Assembly: GCA_036172245.1 (NCBI GenBank) | Contig: JAYWIR010000047.1 | Coordinates: forward strand, 682,001-746,000 | Length of the DNA stretch: 64,000 bases | Direction of reading: 5' to 3' | DNA from: Raillietiella orientalis | Taxonomy: Eukaryota | Part shown: positions 23,601 to 35,722 of the stretch, piece after piece | Layout: each line of letters begins with the position of its first letter | How positions within the stretch are numbered: position 1 is the stretch's first letter | Program-made: the position numbers and the translations under genes | The notes under the pieces: model-generated | The model's input: only the letters and a program-made list of their open reading frames with translations | The model's database searches: none | What the model was told of the DNA's origin: nothing

Positions 23601-26600
23601 TCCATGGTCACGCGACCGGACGGAGGGAGGAGGAAGGCGGGGCGGAGGTGGACAAGGAAGGGCACGGTTGCGCCGGACCCAAGGCGGAGGGAAATCGCGG
23701 GCGTCCCGCCCTGCCTGGGTTCTCCGGGCTTCAGGAGCGGCAGCTTGGGGCGGTGCCAGGGGTGATGGAAGGCGGCGATCCTTCTTCCGGGATGTGACCG
23801 ATCCCCAAGGGGGACAGGGAAGGAGGGGAAGGAAGACCCCCGTGCTTGAGGGAGGTCTCTCTGTGCTCTCTACGAGTGGAGCGGCCGGACGACCCACAAA
23901 GTCACCTCTCCTGAGGGCATCCTCTTCCCAGTCTCCTCTCTGTCGCTTCCCTTTCCCTCCCCCCTCTTGCAATCGCGATGGCGCCCTCTCCTCTTTCCAG
24001 GGCACGAGCACCCCTCCTCTGAGGGGGCGCGCAGGAGGAAGCCGCACACACTGAAGAAGAGGAGCGTCCCGTCTGCGATCTCGGAGAGGAGAGAAGACGG
24101 GAAGGTGCCAGGTACTCGACCGGAGACTCCCCGCACCGGAAGACTGGCGCCGGCGCCTTCCGGCGGCGCGCGCTTCTTTCGCGCTCCCGCCGCTGCTTTC
24201 CTTCCTTCCTTCGGAGGCCTCGGCACGCCACCGCCTCTGCTCTGCCCCTTCCCCCCCGGCCCTCCGCGGCCGTTCCGCCGCGCGCGCCAGCCCGAGGGGA
24301 CGGCAGTGATCCTGCGCTGCTCAAAGTCCAGGGTGCATCACGAGACTCTCAGCGCCCTCGAAGACGCGCGCGGCGGAAGAACGCGGGGGTGAGTGGGAAG
24401 CTTCCGTTCCTCTCGCGGCCGGGACGCCTTCCCCGACCCCACGAGAGCTCTGTGCCCTCCTAAAGGACGCGCCTCCTCCCCTCTCGGCTCTTGCAGAGTC
24501 GGAAGTGCCCGCCGTCAGGACCGACGGGACGTCCTGGTAGTCTCTGGTGAAGGAAGCGTCTGCGGAGTCAGCGAAGGTGTCCCTCCCCCAACAGCGAGGA
24601 TCCCGGGAGGAAAGGCGGGATCACCGCCGCCTCCCGCTTCGGCCTCACCCTGCGGAGGTCCCGCAGCGGCTGAACGGGTCCAAACGCCGCCGCCGGCGCG
24701 TGTGCCCCGCGCGCCCACTTCTGGCCCACGGACCGGGCGAGGGAGGCAGCAAATTCTCCTTCGCAGGGTCATGGGGGGGGGGGGGGGAGCACGCGGTCGG
24801 TCCGTGATCAGTCCCAGGTCAGGGCGCGCAGCGTCTCAAAGTGACTCCCATTCTGAGTCGCTCCATTCTTGCAAAGTGGTGGTGATAGTGGCTCCCGGGC
24901 CACAAGAGCACGGTGCCGCCACTTCTTTGAGGCCCATGAGTCCCTCAGGGGGAAAGGGGGACGTAATGACCCACTCAGGAGGCAGACGGACGCTCCGCAA
25001 CCGAATGGAAGATGTTCGTCGTCTTCGGTTGAGCCCTGTGCACTGGGGCCTCCACTGTGCAGGTGACCAGCTCGCACTCAGGACACCAGACGAGCGCGCG
25101 TCTCACCTTGCGGGGGAACGTCCGACCTGGACGCCCTGAGGGCTCGCGTCCTGCTGCTGGGAAACTCCCGGTCCGTGAGCTCAGGAGGAGCCCCGTGGAG
25201 GGCTGAGATCAGGATGCGAGTCGGGACCAGGGTCGCCTGGTGGCCGCCGTCGTCGCGGCGGAGACGAGGCTAAGCCGCGCGCGCGTTTCGACCTTGCCTC
25301 CGGGGGAATCCGCTCGGCGGCCAAGGCGCTCGCTGCGGTTCGCGGGCCGTCGAGCTCCGGGGTGTGACGACGACGGCTGCGTGAACCACCCTCGGGCGAG
25401 CCGGACGCGACCCGGAGGCCGCACGCTTCCTTCCTCGCCGGGTCGGCACACGAGACAGTTCGCCGACGCGATGGCTGCGGGCCCGAGTCGGCTGCGGCCG
25501 TGATCCCCGGGGAGACGAGACCAGGAGGAACGCTTCTCCCCGCGCCTTCACGGCGACGTGGCACCCAACCCTGGATCTTGAGCGGACCCAGGGACCTGAG
25601 GCTTTCCGTCCAGGCTCTGTAGGGCGCGTTTTTTCTCCCCTCCGGACCCCCGGAGAATCGGAGCAGACGTCCATCCATCGGGAGATCCTCCCACGGCCTG
25701 CGCTGCGACCCGTGCGACGGCGCGTCCTCCACCCGAGTGCTCCACCCATTCCCATCTCGCCGCAAACGCATCTATGACCTCTCGCGGTCGCTACGAGAAC
25801 TCCCTGCATTCCCCAGCTGAAGGAGTTCAAAGTCCCGCGGTGCAAAGTGCCCTTTCGCGCCAAAGAGAAGTCGCCCGGTGGTCCTCTCCAATCCGGGCCC
25901 ATTCGCCCGGCCTCCGCTCAACGCCAGGACGGCAAAAGACGACCCCGGACGGAGGAGGGTCGATCCGTTGAGTCCAGGCGGGCTCAGGAAGGACGTCCGC
26001 TGGGCAGGGATCATGGGAAGCTCCACCTTGGAGCTCAGTCCGTGGCGGACGCCCCGTCACAGCAGGGTGCGAAGGAGCGACCCCGGAGATGCGTTGGTCC
26101 TGGAAACGCAGATTCTTCCGAGAACGCGTGTTTCTCCGATGCCCTGGCGACACGGACGCCTCCGGGAAACTCCTGGGCTCTCTGAGCGGCAGCTGCCCGA
26201 ACTCCGCACGTTCACCCGACCGCTTGTCGAGCAAAGGAACCCTGGTTGCGGAGCGTCCGCCCGCTTCTCACGAACCGTCGAGCAGCGCAGGTGCGCGCTG
26301 AGAAAGGCCGGAAGCTTCTCCGGTCAGCCCTGGCTGCGCAGGTCTCTCCGGGTCCGCGGGCGCAGCGAAACCTAAAGCGGCGAATACCTCCTGCGCGCTC
26401 AAGAGCCCCGGTTCCTCTGCAGACGAAGAGGGCGAGGGAAAGGACTCTCCGGGAGCGAGGAAGAGACGTCTCCAGGTGACCTCTCGGAAGCTGTTGCCTC
26501 GGCGGCGGCGACAGCAGCAGCTCTGGCGCTTTCCGCTTCGTGGGCCGATGCTTCCAGGGCCTTCCCGAAGCTCCTTCCTTACGAAGCGCGACGGACCGGG

Positions 26601-29600
26601 AGCTCCCCACGGAGTAGGCCCGCTCGGATCTGGCCCGACGAACGGAGGCGCACCTCGCGCGCCTTTTCGCGGGGAGGAGAGACCGGGAGAGCGCGCCATC
26701 TCCCTGGAGATGGCGGCGGAGAAGTGTCCACCTTCCTTCCCGCCGCGCGTCCGTCGCGGAGCAGCGGCGTGCCCGCCGCTGCGAAGACACTGCGTGTCTC
26801 CGGATTGCCGCCACCCCTCTCCCCTCGGGAGGACGGTTTCGTCCGGTCGCGCGTGCTGCACCCTCCCGGCGGCAGGCAGCGGCTGCACGGAAACGGAGAC
26901 GTGTCGTTGCAGAGGACTCCGGGACGCCAGCGGTGGCAGCGGCGGGCAGGACGTTCGGGCTGCCGCTGCACGAGTACGTGAGGGACGATGGACGCCCTGG
27001 TGGCGGCGGCGGACGCAGCCACTCGCGGGAGGTCGACCCCTTCGATTCCTCCCGCCATTCCTCCTCTAGGATCAGAAAGGTGCGTGCAGCAGCAGCGAAC
27101 AGACGCCTCCTGTGGGGGGCTTCTGGCGGGGCGGGCGGGGAGGAAAGGGCAGGTCCTTCCATCCAGGGCTTACGGGCTTGGCTGCGACGCTGGTGCCCTG
27201 CGCCAGCCGCGCGGAATAAGAGGAGGTTCTTCCGCCCTCCCCCTCGCCACCGCGGCGCGGGGGACGGGACCGAGCGTGCATGCTCTCTCCCCTCCCACGT
27301 GCTCTCTTCCCGGTTCTCCCCGCCTCCCATTTGCCTTTAGGCTCCCTCTCCTCTCGAGGCGACCGCTGACTCTCCGGGCCGTTTCTTCCAGAAGAGCTCC
27401 AGCGCCGAGAGCCTCTACTCTGGGGGTGGTGTATCCGGCCGGGACGAGGGCGAGCCCATGTGCCCTCGGACGGCGGCGGGGTTCGAGTCCGAGGACGGCA
27501 GCTCTCCGTCGGGCGACGCCCTCCTCGACCACGTCCCTCACGTAGTGAAGGAGTGCGTCCGGCACCTGGAAGAGAACGGGCTGCGTACCTTGGGTCTGTT
27601 CAGGATCTCCGCCTCCAGGAAGCGGATAGTCCAGGTGAGGAAAGATGCGCGTGGGGAGGAGGCGCGTCCAAGAGACGGCCTTGGACGCGCCTACCGCCAT
27701 CCCCAACCCTCCGGCAGGACCGACCCTTGGGCGGAGGAGCAGAGCGGTAGCGCTCCACGCCTCCCTCCCTCCTCCCATGTCGCGAATTCCAGAGGCGGGG
27801 CAAGGCCATGAGGGAAGGCGGCATCGAGGTCGACAGCGGTGGTCTCCCTGAGGGTCCCTGGTGCGGAGGCGACCCGTTCCCATGCGACGAGCGAGGTTCC
27901 TGTCTGCTCCGATGCGGAGCTGCCGTCTGCCTCTGTCCGAAAGAAACTGCTCCTCGGCACCTCCTTCCTCTGGCTCCACGGACTGGTGGAGGAGGTGGGA
28001 CCTCAGCCGCGGGAACGAAGGAGGGCACTGCTCCCTTCCCCCGCGTTCCGGGTGGCCGCAGAGCACGGGCGGTCGCCCTCAGCCACCGCACCCCGCGGGA
28101 CGCGTGTGTCGACCGTGGGAGAGCATACCATTCAGAGGTCCCGTACGCGCGCTCACCCGCGACCCATGCTGCTCCGGCCGCAAATCCGCGTTGCCAGAGC
28201 ACGCACACAACGCGACGAGCACGCATCCCGGCAACCGGGCGCATGAGCGCCACCATTGAATGATTAGCTGGAGCGCGTCCACAGAGAAGCTGTCACACTG
28301 CGGCTCCAGGCACGACGCGCAGCTTTGCCGCGGACGCGCGTCTTTACGTCCTGCGAAGGGTGCAGCTCTCTCCCGGCGCCTGTCCCGCTGGGGAGGCGGC
28401 GAACGGAGGGGCCGAACCTCGGAGGGCGCGGCAGGATGCCCTGCGTCGCGTCTCCTTCCGTCCCATTCGTCTTGCCCTTCCTGCCACGCGAACCCTCAGT
28501 CCCATCCCGCCGCGGGCATCCGGCGCGCGTCCGCAAAGGTCCTAGTGGCTTCCCGGAATGCGTGCCGGTTGACCGCAACCTTCCCTTTCTTTTGGTTGCT
28601 TGACTCTCCCTTTGTGCTCATTCCAGCTCCAGGAAGACTTCGAATCCAACAGCGAGATGAGGCTTACGGCAGAGAACTGCCCCCACGACGTCGCCGGGCT
28701 GCTGAAAGAGTTCCTCAGGAGCCTGCCAGAGGCGCTGCTTTGCGCTGACCTTTACCAGGCGTTCGTCAACACGCAAAGTAAAGACAGCCAGTAGTCTCCT
28801 TTCGCACCCGGCCTCTTCGCGCGCGCGCGCCCCCTGCGCCACGAGGGCGCGCGGACTCCGGCTGGGCGTGGAACCTCCCTCCTGCGGGACGAGCGAGGCC
28901 GGCAGTCGCAGGGGTCGGTGGCGCGTCGGCGCATCTGCGAGAGGTCACGACTGCCCATCAGCTCCCGCGGACGTGGGCAGGCACGTCTCAGGAACCATGT
29001 GCGGACAGGGCAGGGTACGCGCGACGGGGGCGCGCGCACCTCCGGCTACGAAGCTGCAGACGACGACGACGAACTCACCGGTGCTCGATCTGCCCCCGGG
29101 TTATCCCCGACGGCCGTGTGTGAAACGCTCCAGCGGAAAAGGCACGCTCTTCAAAGGATAGGGAAGCACTTCGATTTGCGTCCAGACTCCAGCATTCACT
29201 TTCTGGACACGCTTCGAAAAGACTCCATGTCGGTTTCGAGCGCGCTTTGGGCACACTTCGTGCACACTTCTGGCACCTTTGGAGAGCACCGTTCGGATGC
29301 GTGCTGAGTACGCTTTGGGCGCATTTTCGGAAACACTTTAGGAACACATTCCAATGCAGAAAGCTTTCCGACTCTGAGCTTTCAGACTACCACTCCCACG
29401 TCTCGCTCTCCCTCACCCTTCTCCCCTTCTCTATGGTGCCCCGTCGCCTCTGCCTCGTCCGAAGAGGAGGAATCCTTCCCCCCAGTCTTACAGAAAAGAC
29501 TCTTTGACTCTGGACGGAGACTCCCCCATTCTATGCTCTGAAGTCGCCCTTCTACGCAGGCTCCATCCTTTCCGAGACCCTGCTTACGCACGGAGGCGGT

Positions 29601-32600
29601 CAGGGACTTCGGGGGCCGAAGGAGCAAACATCAGAAGACGAGGGGCGGGTGGAACTGCAAGAGCTCCCACCTTCTGTTCCTCCTGGAAATCTGCGAAACT
29701 GGGAGGGGAGCGAGGGTTGGAAGCTGAGTGCAAGAGGAGGACAGGGGTGCGCCCCAAGAAGCCCAGCAAGCGATCCCGCGAAGCCGTGTGGAGGCGCCTA
29801 CGTTTCCAATCCTGGAGAGACAATATGTCCTGAAGGAACTGCAGAGGCATCAGGGAGAGCTCGGAAAGGAACCGACAGGCGCACTCCTTCCTTCTCAGAG
29901 AGCGGAGTGAAGCTGGGCGGCCCGCCTGCCTCTGGATGACATCGATCCGCACGCCTCCGGCGCCCTCTCTTCTCCCCACACGCCGCCCATCAAGGAAGTT
30001 CGCTTGCGCCGCTCTCCAGGTCCACTACGATCTTCCGGGAAGAAACGAAGGGTCTGCGGGATTCCCCTGGATCCCCATGCTTTCCCCCACCTCGCCCGCC
30101 TAACGCGGTCCGTGACGGACGCCGGAGCGGTACCTCGTCCCGACTGCGCAGACCGACCTGAGTCCAGGATGAGGCGCCGCAGATCTCCAAAACAGCATCG
30201 CTCCGTAATAAGTCCGGGAAGGCGCACCTCCCCCTCCTTTCCCGGTTCGGCGCAGGGAGGGACCACCCTCAACTGCTCGCCCCCTCCCGCCGACTGCGGG
30301 CGCTGCTCTTTCCAGCGTTCCTTACAGAGATCCGGAACCCGCGGACGCAGATGGAGGCGCTGAAGTACCTCGTCCAGCTGCTGCCTCAGGCGAACCGGGA
30401 CACACTGTGGTACCTGCTGAGATTCCTGAACCGCGTGGCCGCCAACGCCTCGGACGCGGCCGACGAGAACGGTAAGAGGAGGAGCGTGCGCGAGGGGAGG
30501 GGAGCAAGGTGGGGGCGGCGTGGGGACGGCCCACGCTCGCGCACACCTCCCTACCGCCTCTCTCTTTCTTTCCCTCCCGATTCCTCCGCCAAGGTGCAAT
30601 CGTGCCCGGCAACAGAATGGACTCTGTGAACCTGGCGACCGTCTTCGCTCCCAACGTGATGCACAGCGTGAGGGCGGGCAAGAAGAACGCGTCCGCCGAG
30701 GCGGCGGCCCACGCCTCGGACCGGCTGGACGTCATCAACGTCGTCCGGTGCATGATCGACAACTACCAGGAACTCTTCGAGGTACGGCGAGCAGCCGGGC
30801 AGTAAAGGAAGGGTGGGGGATCAACGGGGACGCGGGCTCGGAACACCCAGGATCACGCTGCCCGCACGCAGGGAGGATAGGCGGAGGGGAGGGATTTAGC
30901 CGACTGACCGCAGCGACACGCTTGGGGCGAAGGAAGTGGTGGTGGACGCTGCTGGTCAATCCGTGCTGCCTGAGTGAACTCCCTGCGGAGGGCGTGGTTC
31001 TACATTTGGCGGATCGGAGATGTGGTGAACTTTCCCTCTCTGCTGTTCCTTCGCAACCTGCGGGTTCGGTGGTCTCCTCCTCCGAACTCGCGACGTCGGG
31101 CTGCGCGCTCCCGACGCCAAGACGCAGCACGCACATGCAGCGCCACAGGAGTACGGCTGCAACCCCACATCGACCCTCTGGGAGGGCCTTCTCGACCCTC
31201 CCCCCTACCCCTTCTCTTCTTCCTGCAGCGCGTGCCCCGGCGTGCTGCCGTCCACGCTCCAGTCCCCAAGGGGGTTGCGACGGCAAGGTGGGACGAAGCG
31301 GTCTGGGGAGAGGGTCAGCAGTCACACAGAACGCAGGTCCCGGAGGGGAATTGGGGAGGGAGGACAGACGTCGTGAGGTGCGGAGATGAGGAGGCGATGA
31401 AGGCTCCAGGTCACGAGGTCGAAACCATTCACGGGGAGGAAGACTCAAGGAAAAACTCAAGAGCTGAGTCACCGTCCCCCAAACACGCGGTTTCTCGGGG
31501 GAGTGCCAATGAAGCCTCGCCTACGGGAGGCCGAAGAATCCTCTGTCGCTCTGACCCTGCCGCTGGCAGGGCAGCAGGTTGGCAGGACGCCGTGCCTCCT
31601 TCGGACGACTCGGAAGAGGGGAGGTGGGGAGGTCGCGCGCAAAGGCGGCAAACGGGCGCGGTGCAGCAGGGGGCGAAGGAGTGACGCTCGCCCTATCTGG
31701 AGTGAGCGCATCCACCTGGGAAAGGAGCCCAGACCGGGAGGAGAACCCGGAGAATCTCCGGAGTACCGGAGCGGCACCCTACTCATAGTCCGCCGGATGG
31801 TCTTTGCATGGGCGGAGAGGACGGAGAGCTGAAGGAGAGGAAAATCGGAAACGGAAGCGCCATCGCCAGCCTTCGTCCACAGTTCGCGGCTGAGCGAGGG
31901 CGGGAGCCGAATGCGACGTGCCGCGGGCGCTAGCACTCGCTGTCCTTCCGCGTTCCTCCGAGAGAACAGTCAACTGCGGCAGATGGTGACTGCAGGGAGA
32001 GGACGAAGTCACGGAGAATCGCCAATGGACGAGCGTCGCGATCAACACCGAGGATGAGCAAGGATGTTAGGCGCCCGGCCAGAACGCCTTCCGCGAAGAC
32101 GTGGGGCGGAAGCGAAACGACAGCTCAGCAGCGCCCCCTCCGTTCAAGTGCCCGAAACGGCCTCTGAGTCCTTCCGGTCTCACTTCAAGAGTCCGTCGGC
32201 AATGCTGAGAGCGCCAGAACGATTTCCGCGCGCACGCTACGGCCCGACGTGACGTGAGCGGAAGTTACTGCACGTTCCCGGTGCAGATTTCCCTCCTCAA
32301 GAGCATCCGTGTCAGGAGGCCCTGCTCCGATTAACACACTCGACTCCTCTTTCCGGACTTCCTCTCCTCCGTCCATCGTGCTCTCATGGGTGCTCGCCGA
32401 AAGCACGTCCTGCTCGTGGCCTGCAAAAAACGACCCGGCGATCCGCCGGGATGAAAACTCAAAGAGTCCAATTCCAGATCTCCGCCGACCTTCTGGACGA
32501 GATCTACATCAATATGGTGGATAGGGACCCCGGATCAGTGGACGGCATGTTCCGCCTGAGATACGGCGTGACCCACGAGTAAGTTCCCAAGCGCACCACT

Positions 32601-33866
32601 CCGAGCGCGACAGTAGAAACCGGAAAGGCCACGTGTGTGAATGAATCGAAAGACTGAAAGCAACGAGAGAAAGGAGCGCATGTGCTCCGTTCGATGAAAT
32701 TTTATCATTTTGATCATTATTTTCTCTTTTTAAATAAACGTCAAGCGAACCGGACAACGCAGACGCCAGCGGCAGCAGCATCTTCATGAGCACGAACGCC
32801 GTAATGCACCTCCAGCCGTTTGCAGACAGGTAACCAAAAGTCGTCGCCATGTTCTCACGCCCCTTCCTCCCATCTTTTCCTCTCCAGAGAACAGGCGGAT
32901 TCCCACGACTACGAGGTGAGCGCAGCGGAAGCGATGTTTGAAAGAAGTGAGGTTCAAAGGTAAAAAAAAACGATACCTAACCCAGGGCCGCAAAGAAACG
33001 CTATTGATTTTCAACACGGAAGCAACGATGAAGGAAAGCCCAAGCTTAGAGAGAAGGTTGATGAAGACACCCGCATAAGCTACGGATGGTTCCGGAGAAG
33101 AGACAAGTGCATAGGGGAGGACAGACAACGCTGGTTCCAGAGGAACAGAAGTACGGACAGACGGAGTCACACCCATGGAAGCGAAACACATCATGCGATT
33201 GAGGAAGCACTTCATCGAATGGCAGGCCCTAGGAAATCTGCATCCGAAACTTGTATTCCCGTTCAAAAGGACGTGAGATCACCACAGGTGTCCAAGGAAA
33301 GCACTCAGTGTGAAGAAGAAAGGGCGCAGTCTTCTGTTGTTACTGGAGTATTACGCATCCCTATGTCTCGACTGATTGCTGATGACATTCCTTACATTGA
33401 AGAAGAAGATCAACAGAAAACGTTGTCAAAGGTCGAATTCTATGGAACGAATCCATTTGGACATGCGGAAGGTGGCAACTCCTACTTGTGGTCACCCCTG
33501 TCTAAACCCGTATCAAAGAAACAGTGCCACGACTCTGCTTTTGGTACGAGTTCGTCTGCAGAAATCAGCACTGTCCACACAGTCTCGAGCGATACCATAT
33601 GTGTGTCGGGCACCAGCACCCCGTTCAGTCTGGATTCGCCACCCACGTCGCCAAAAGAACTGCACATAGGCCAAAGGATGGAACAATGCACACCGCCCAT
33701 AACTAGAATTCCAAATGCAAAAGAAAAAGCAGCATTCAATATATATCCTATATCCCAAGGCCCTCGATTAATGACAGAAAGGAGACAAGATATTGTCATA
33801 GGACGCAGCTGGAAGCGCAGCCAACTAATCTCCAGTGAATTCACAGACAGTGAGACATACTTATAA
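14616..33866 (+). CDS. ARHGAP6: Rho GTPase-activating protein, ARHGAP6/RhoGAP102A family, about 1225 aa, 12 coding exons
   Basis: Phase-consistent exons (total 3678 nt): 14616-16031, 22360-22516, 24001-24111, 26913-27079, 27392-27634, 28627-28777, 30328-30471, 30594-30781, 32478-32578, 32746-32829, 32888-32959, 33023-33866. GCCATG start with an upstream in-frame stop. Family motifs: WTPM|GRCRW..LLELSDVERSLLQQLAL..HIPK, TFGLPL, VPHVVKECVRHLEENGLRTLGLFRIS (arginine finger), HDVAGLLKEFLRSLPE, LLPQANRDTLWYLLRFL, GNRMDSVNLATVFAPN and ISADLLDEIY. The C-terminal ETYL is a class I PDZ-binding motif. Confidence 0.92.
23128..23478. repeat. Long degenerate palindrome (foldback or MITE-like) in RhoGAP intron 2
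   Basis: 69-bp arms at 23189-23257 and 23341-23409 are reverse complements with about 9 mismatches. A second outer pair lies at about 23128-23160 and 23445-23478. Confidence 0.85.
29205..29352. repeat. Degenerate ~11-bp minisatellite (consensus approximately GGRCACACTTY)
   Basis: Units include gagcgcgcttt, gggcacacttc, gtgcacacttc, tggcacctttg, gagtacgcttt, gggcgcatttt, ggaaacacttt and ggaacacattc. Confidence 0.65.
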
Positions 33867-33999
33867 ATGGTTTTATCTGAACAACAATAGTCCGCACCAT
33901 TATATCCAGCTCACTGGCTATGTTCCCATACATCTCTCAAGTTGCTGCTCTATATAAGGTCATGCCATATTATAATTCACAAATGAAATTGTGATGCAT

Positions 34000-35526
34000 C
34001 TAACTGCTTCTATCCACTTCTTGATATTCTCTATTTGCAATTGGTTGCCAGATGCCTAATGTGTAGTTTAGCCAGATCCGACACACATCCAATCCCATTT
34101 GGATCCAGCTAATCACAGGTGTAAGTTTGGAACCTACAGAAACACTTGTTGTATTTTGAAATATGTGACAAATACACTGACCCTCAACTTCTTTCCAGTT
34201 AACACAAATCTCTTCTAGTGGGATGCACAGTCTCTCAGCTAAGTAGAGCACCTCTACATCAAATGACCTACACACCATTGTGCAGCTAAACAAGCTCCTT
34301 TTCTTACCAACGCTCAACATGTAAGTTTGTGAAAAGCTCTTCGGCTGCTCTACGCGTAAACAGTTTGAAGCCACACTGTGTGTCACGTACACTCCTGACA
34401 CACAACAACCAAACCAAGAGGTGGAAGCAATGCATCAGCAGTGTTCGGAACCATGAACGTGTAGCAATACTTTCTTTCTCCAAATGTGCTCTTGAGGCAA
34501 TTACTACAGCTTGGATTTCCCAATATCTTTCTGGGAGCTGTTCACCTCCTACAAAAGAACATGCACTGGAAAGTGTTCAATGCATCGCACACAAAGTAGA
34601 TACCCTTTCAATACATAAATAAAGGACTACATAGATTATAAGAATTACTGGGGCAAAAATGCAAAGTTTAGTTGATATCCAATTCGGGAATTTCTTACCA
34701 ATCCATAAACTCAGATCACAATGAGCTAGGAAGAGTTTTTTAGGATACTACCTATTAAAATACGCTACCTGATATCAAGTTCTTAATCACAGTGATAAGT
34801 TTATCTAGTTCAGAAAATGTTGTTGCACCATCTGCATCAGCAAACAAAATAAACTTCCCTCTGGAACTAAGTGCTCCCTTTTGGAAGGCATAATAACTTT
34901 TGTATTTTGAATTATCTAGAAAGAATTACCAGTCTAATGGCACCACCTTTTCCCCGGTTATATTTCAATTTTAAAGTACGAATAAAATTTGAACCATACT
35001 TCTGAACATACATTTGTGAAGTTTCGTAAGTTGCATCTTTACTACCATCATCCACAATAATTATTTCCCATTTTAGATGAGATTCAGCACTTTTTGTCTG
35101 TAGATAAGTCACACAATCTTCCAACATTTTTGGAACTATCAAACCAACAAACACGCAAATTACTATCATGTTTGAACAATAAAGCAGTCTATCATAACAG
35201 AGTACCACAGGAATGTTAAATGAAATCTATAGGTAAAATTCTGAGCACAAATTATTACAGTATGGTAACTTTAACGTTTAAAAACGATGAACAAAAAGAA
35301 CACAGATGCTCTTGTAATTTGTACTGTTTATTTAACTGAATAAATGTCTTAAGCATATCTTACGACGACTTTCTTCATTGTAGGCAGGAATGACCACCGT
35401 CAGCATCAAAGATGGTTCATCATATATAGAAGGAAAAGGAACCCTTCTGTTTTCTTCGTCAACAAAAAAATTCTCTCCATTTGCGAAAAAAGGACACTTA
35501 TTTTCAACTACGTCTGAATATTTCTC
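34000..35526 (-). CDS. ALG5: Dolichyl-phosphate beta-glucosyltransferase ALG5 (GT2 family); first coding exon unresolved
   Basis: Exons: 35526-35364, 35135-34930, 34877-34769, 34548-34308, 34267-34182, 34133-34000. Motifs: [115 protein letters not shown] and SWIQMG, all as in animal ALG5. Confidence 0.95.
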
Positions 35527-35713
35527 CTGCATTTAGCACCGATCAAAAAACTTAAACTCAAGATCGGAATGATATACATGTGCAGAAGCCACACGTACGA
35601 CGTAATCCATTAGGCAACATACACATCACTCTTACCAGACCACTTGCTATAATTTACTAATATTTGTGTCAGAAACCACAGACCATGTGAAACGGTGCAA
35701 CAGGTGTATAAAA

Positions 35714-35722
35714 TACTTCCGT
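35714..35722 (-). promoter_or_regulatory. CGGAAGT (ETS/GABP-type) motif just upstream of ALG5
   Basis: The + strand reads atacttccgt about 80 nt upstream of a GTAAG donor at 35635. This motif is common in housekeeping and bidirectional promoters. Confidence 0.35.

Noticed and set aside
10200..32300. GC-rich block as bacterial contamination or horizontal transfer
   Set aside because: It contains spliceosomal exons of an animal RhoGAP that continue in frame into the AT-rich block, and there is no operon-like gene density.
34698..34752. Extra ALG5 mini-exon
   Set aside because: It would need a 16-nt upstream intron and contains an in-frame stop.
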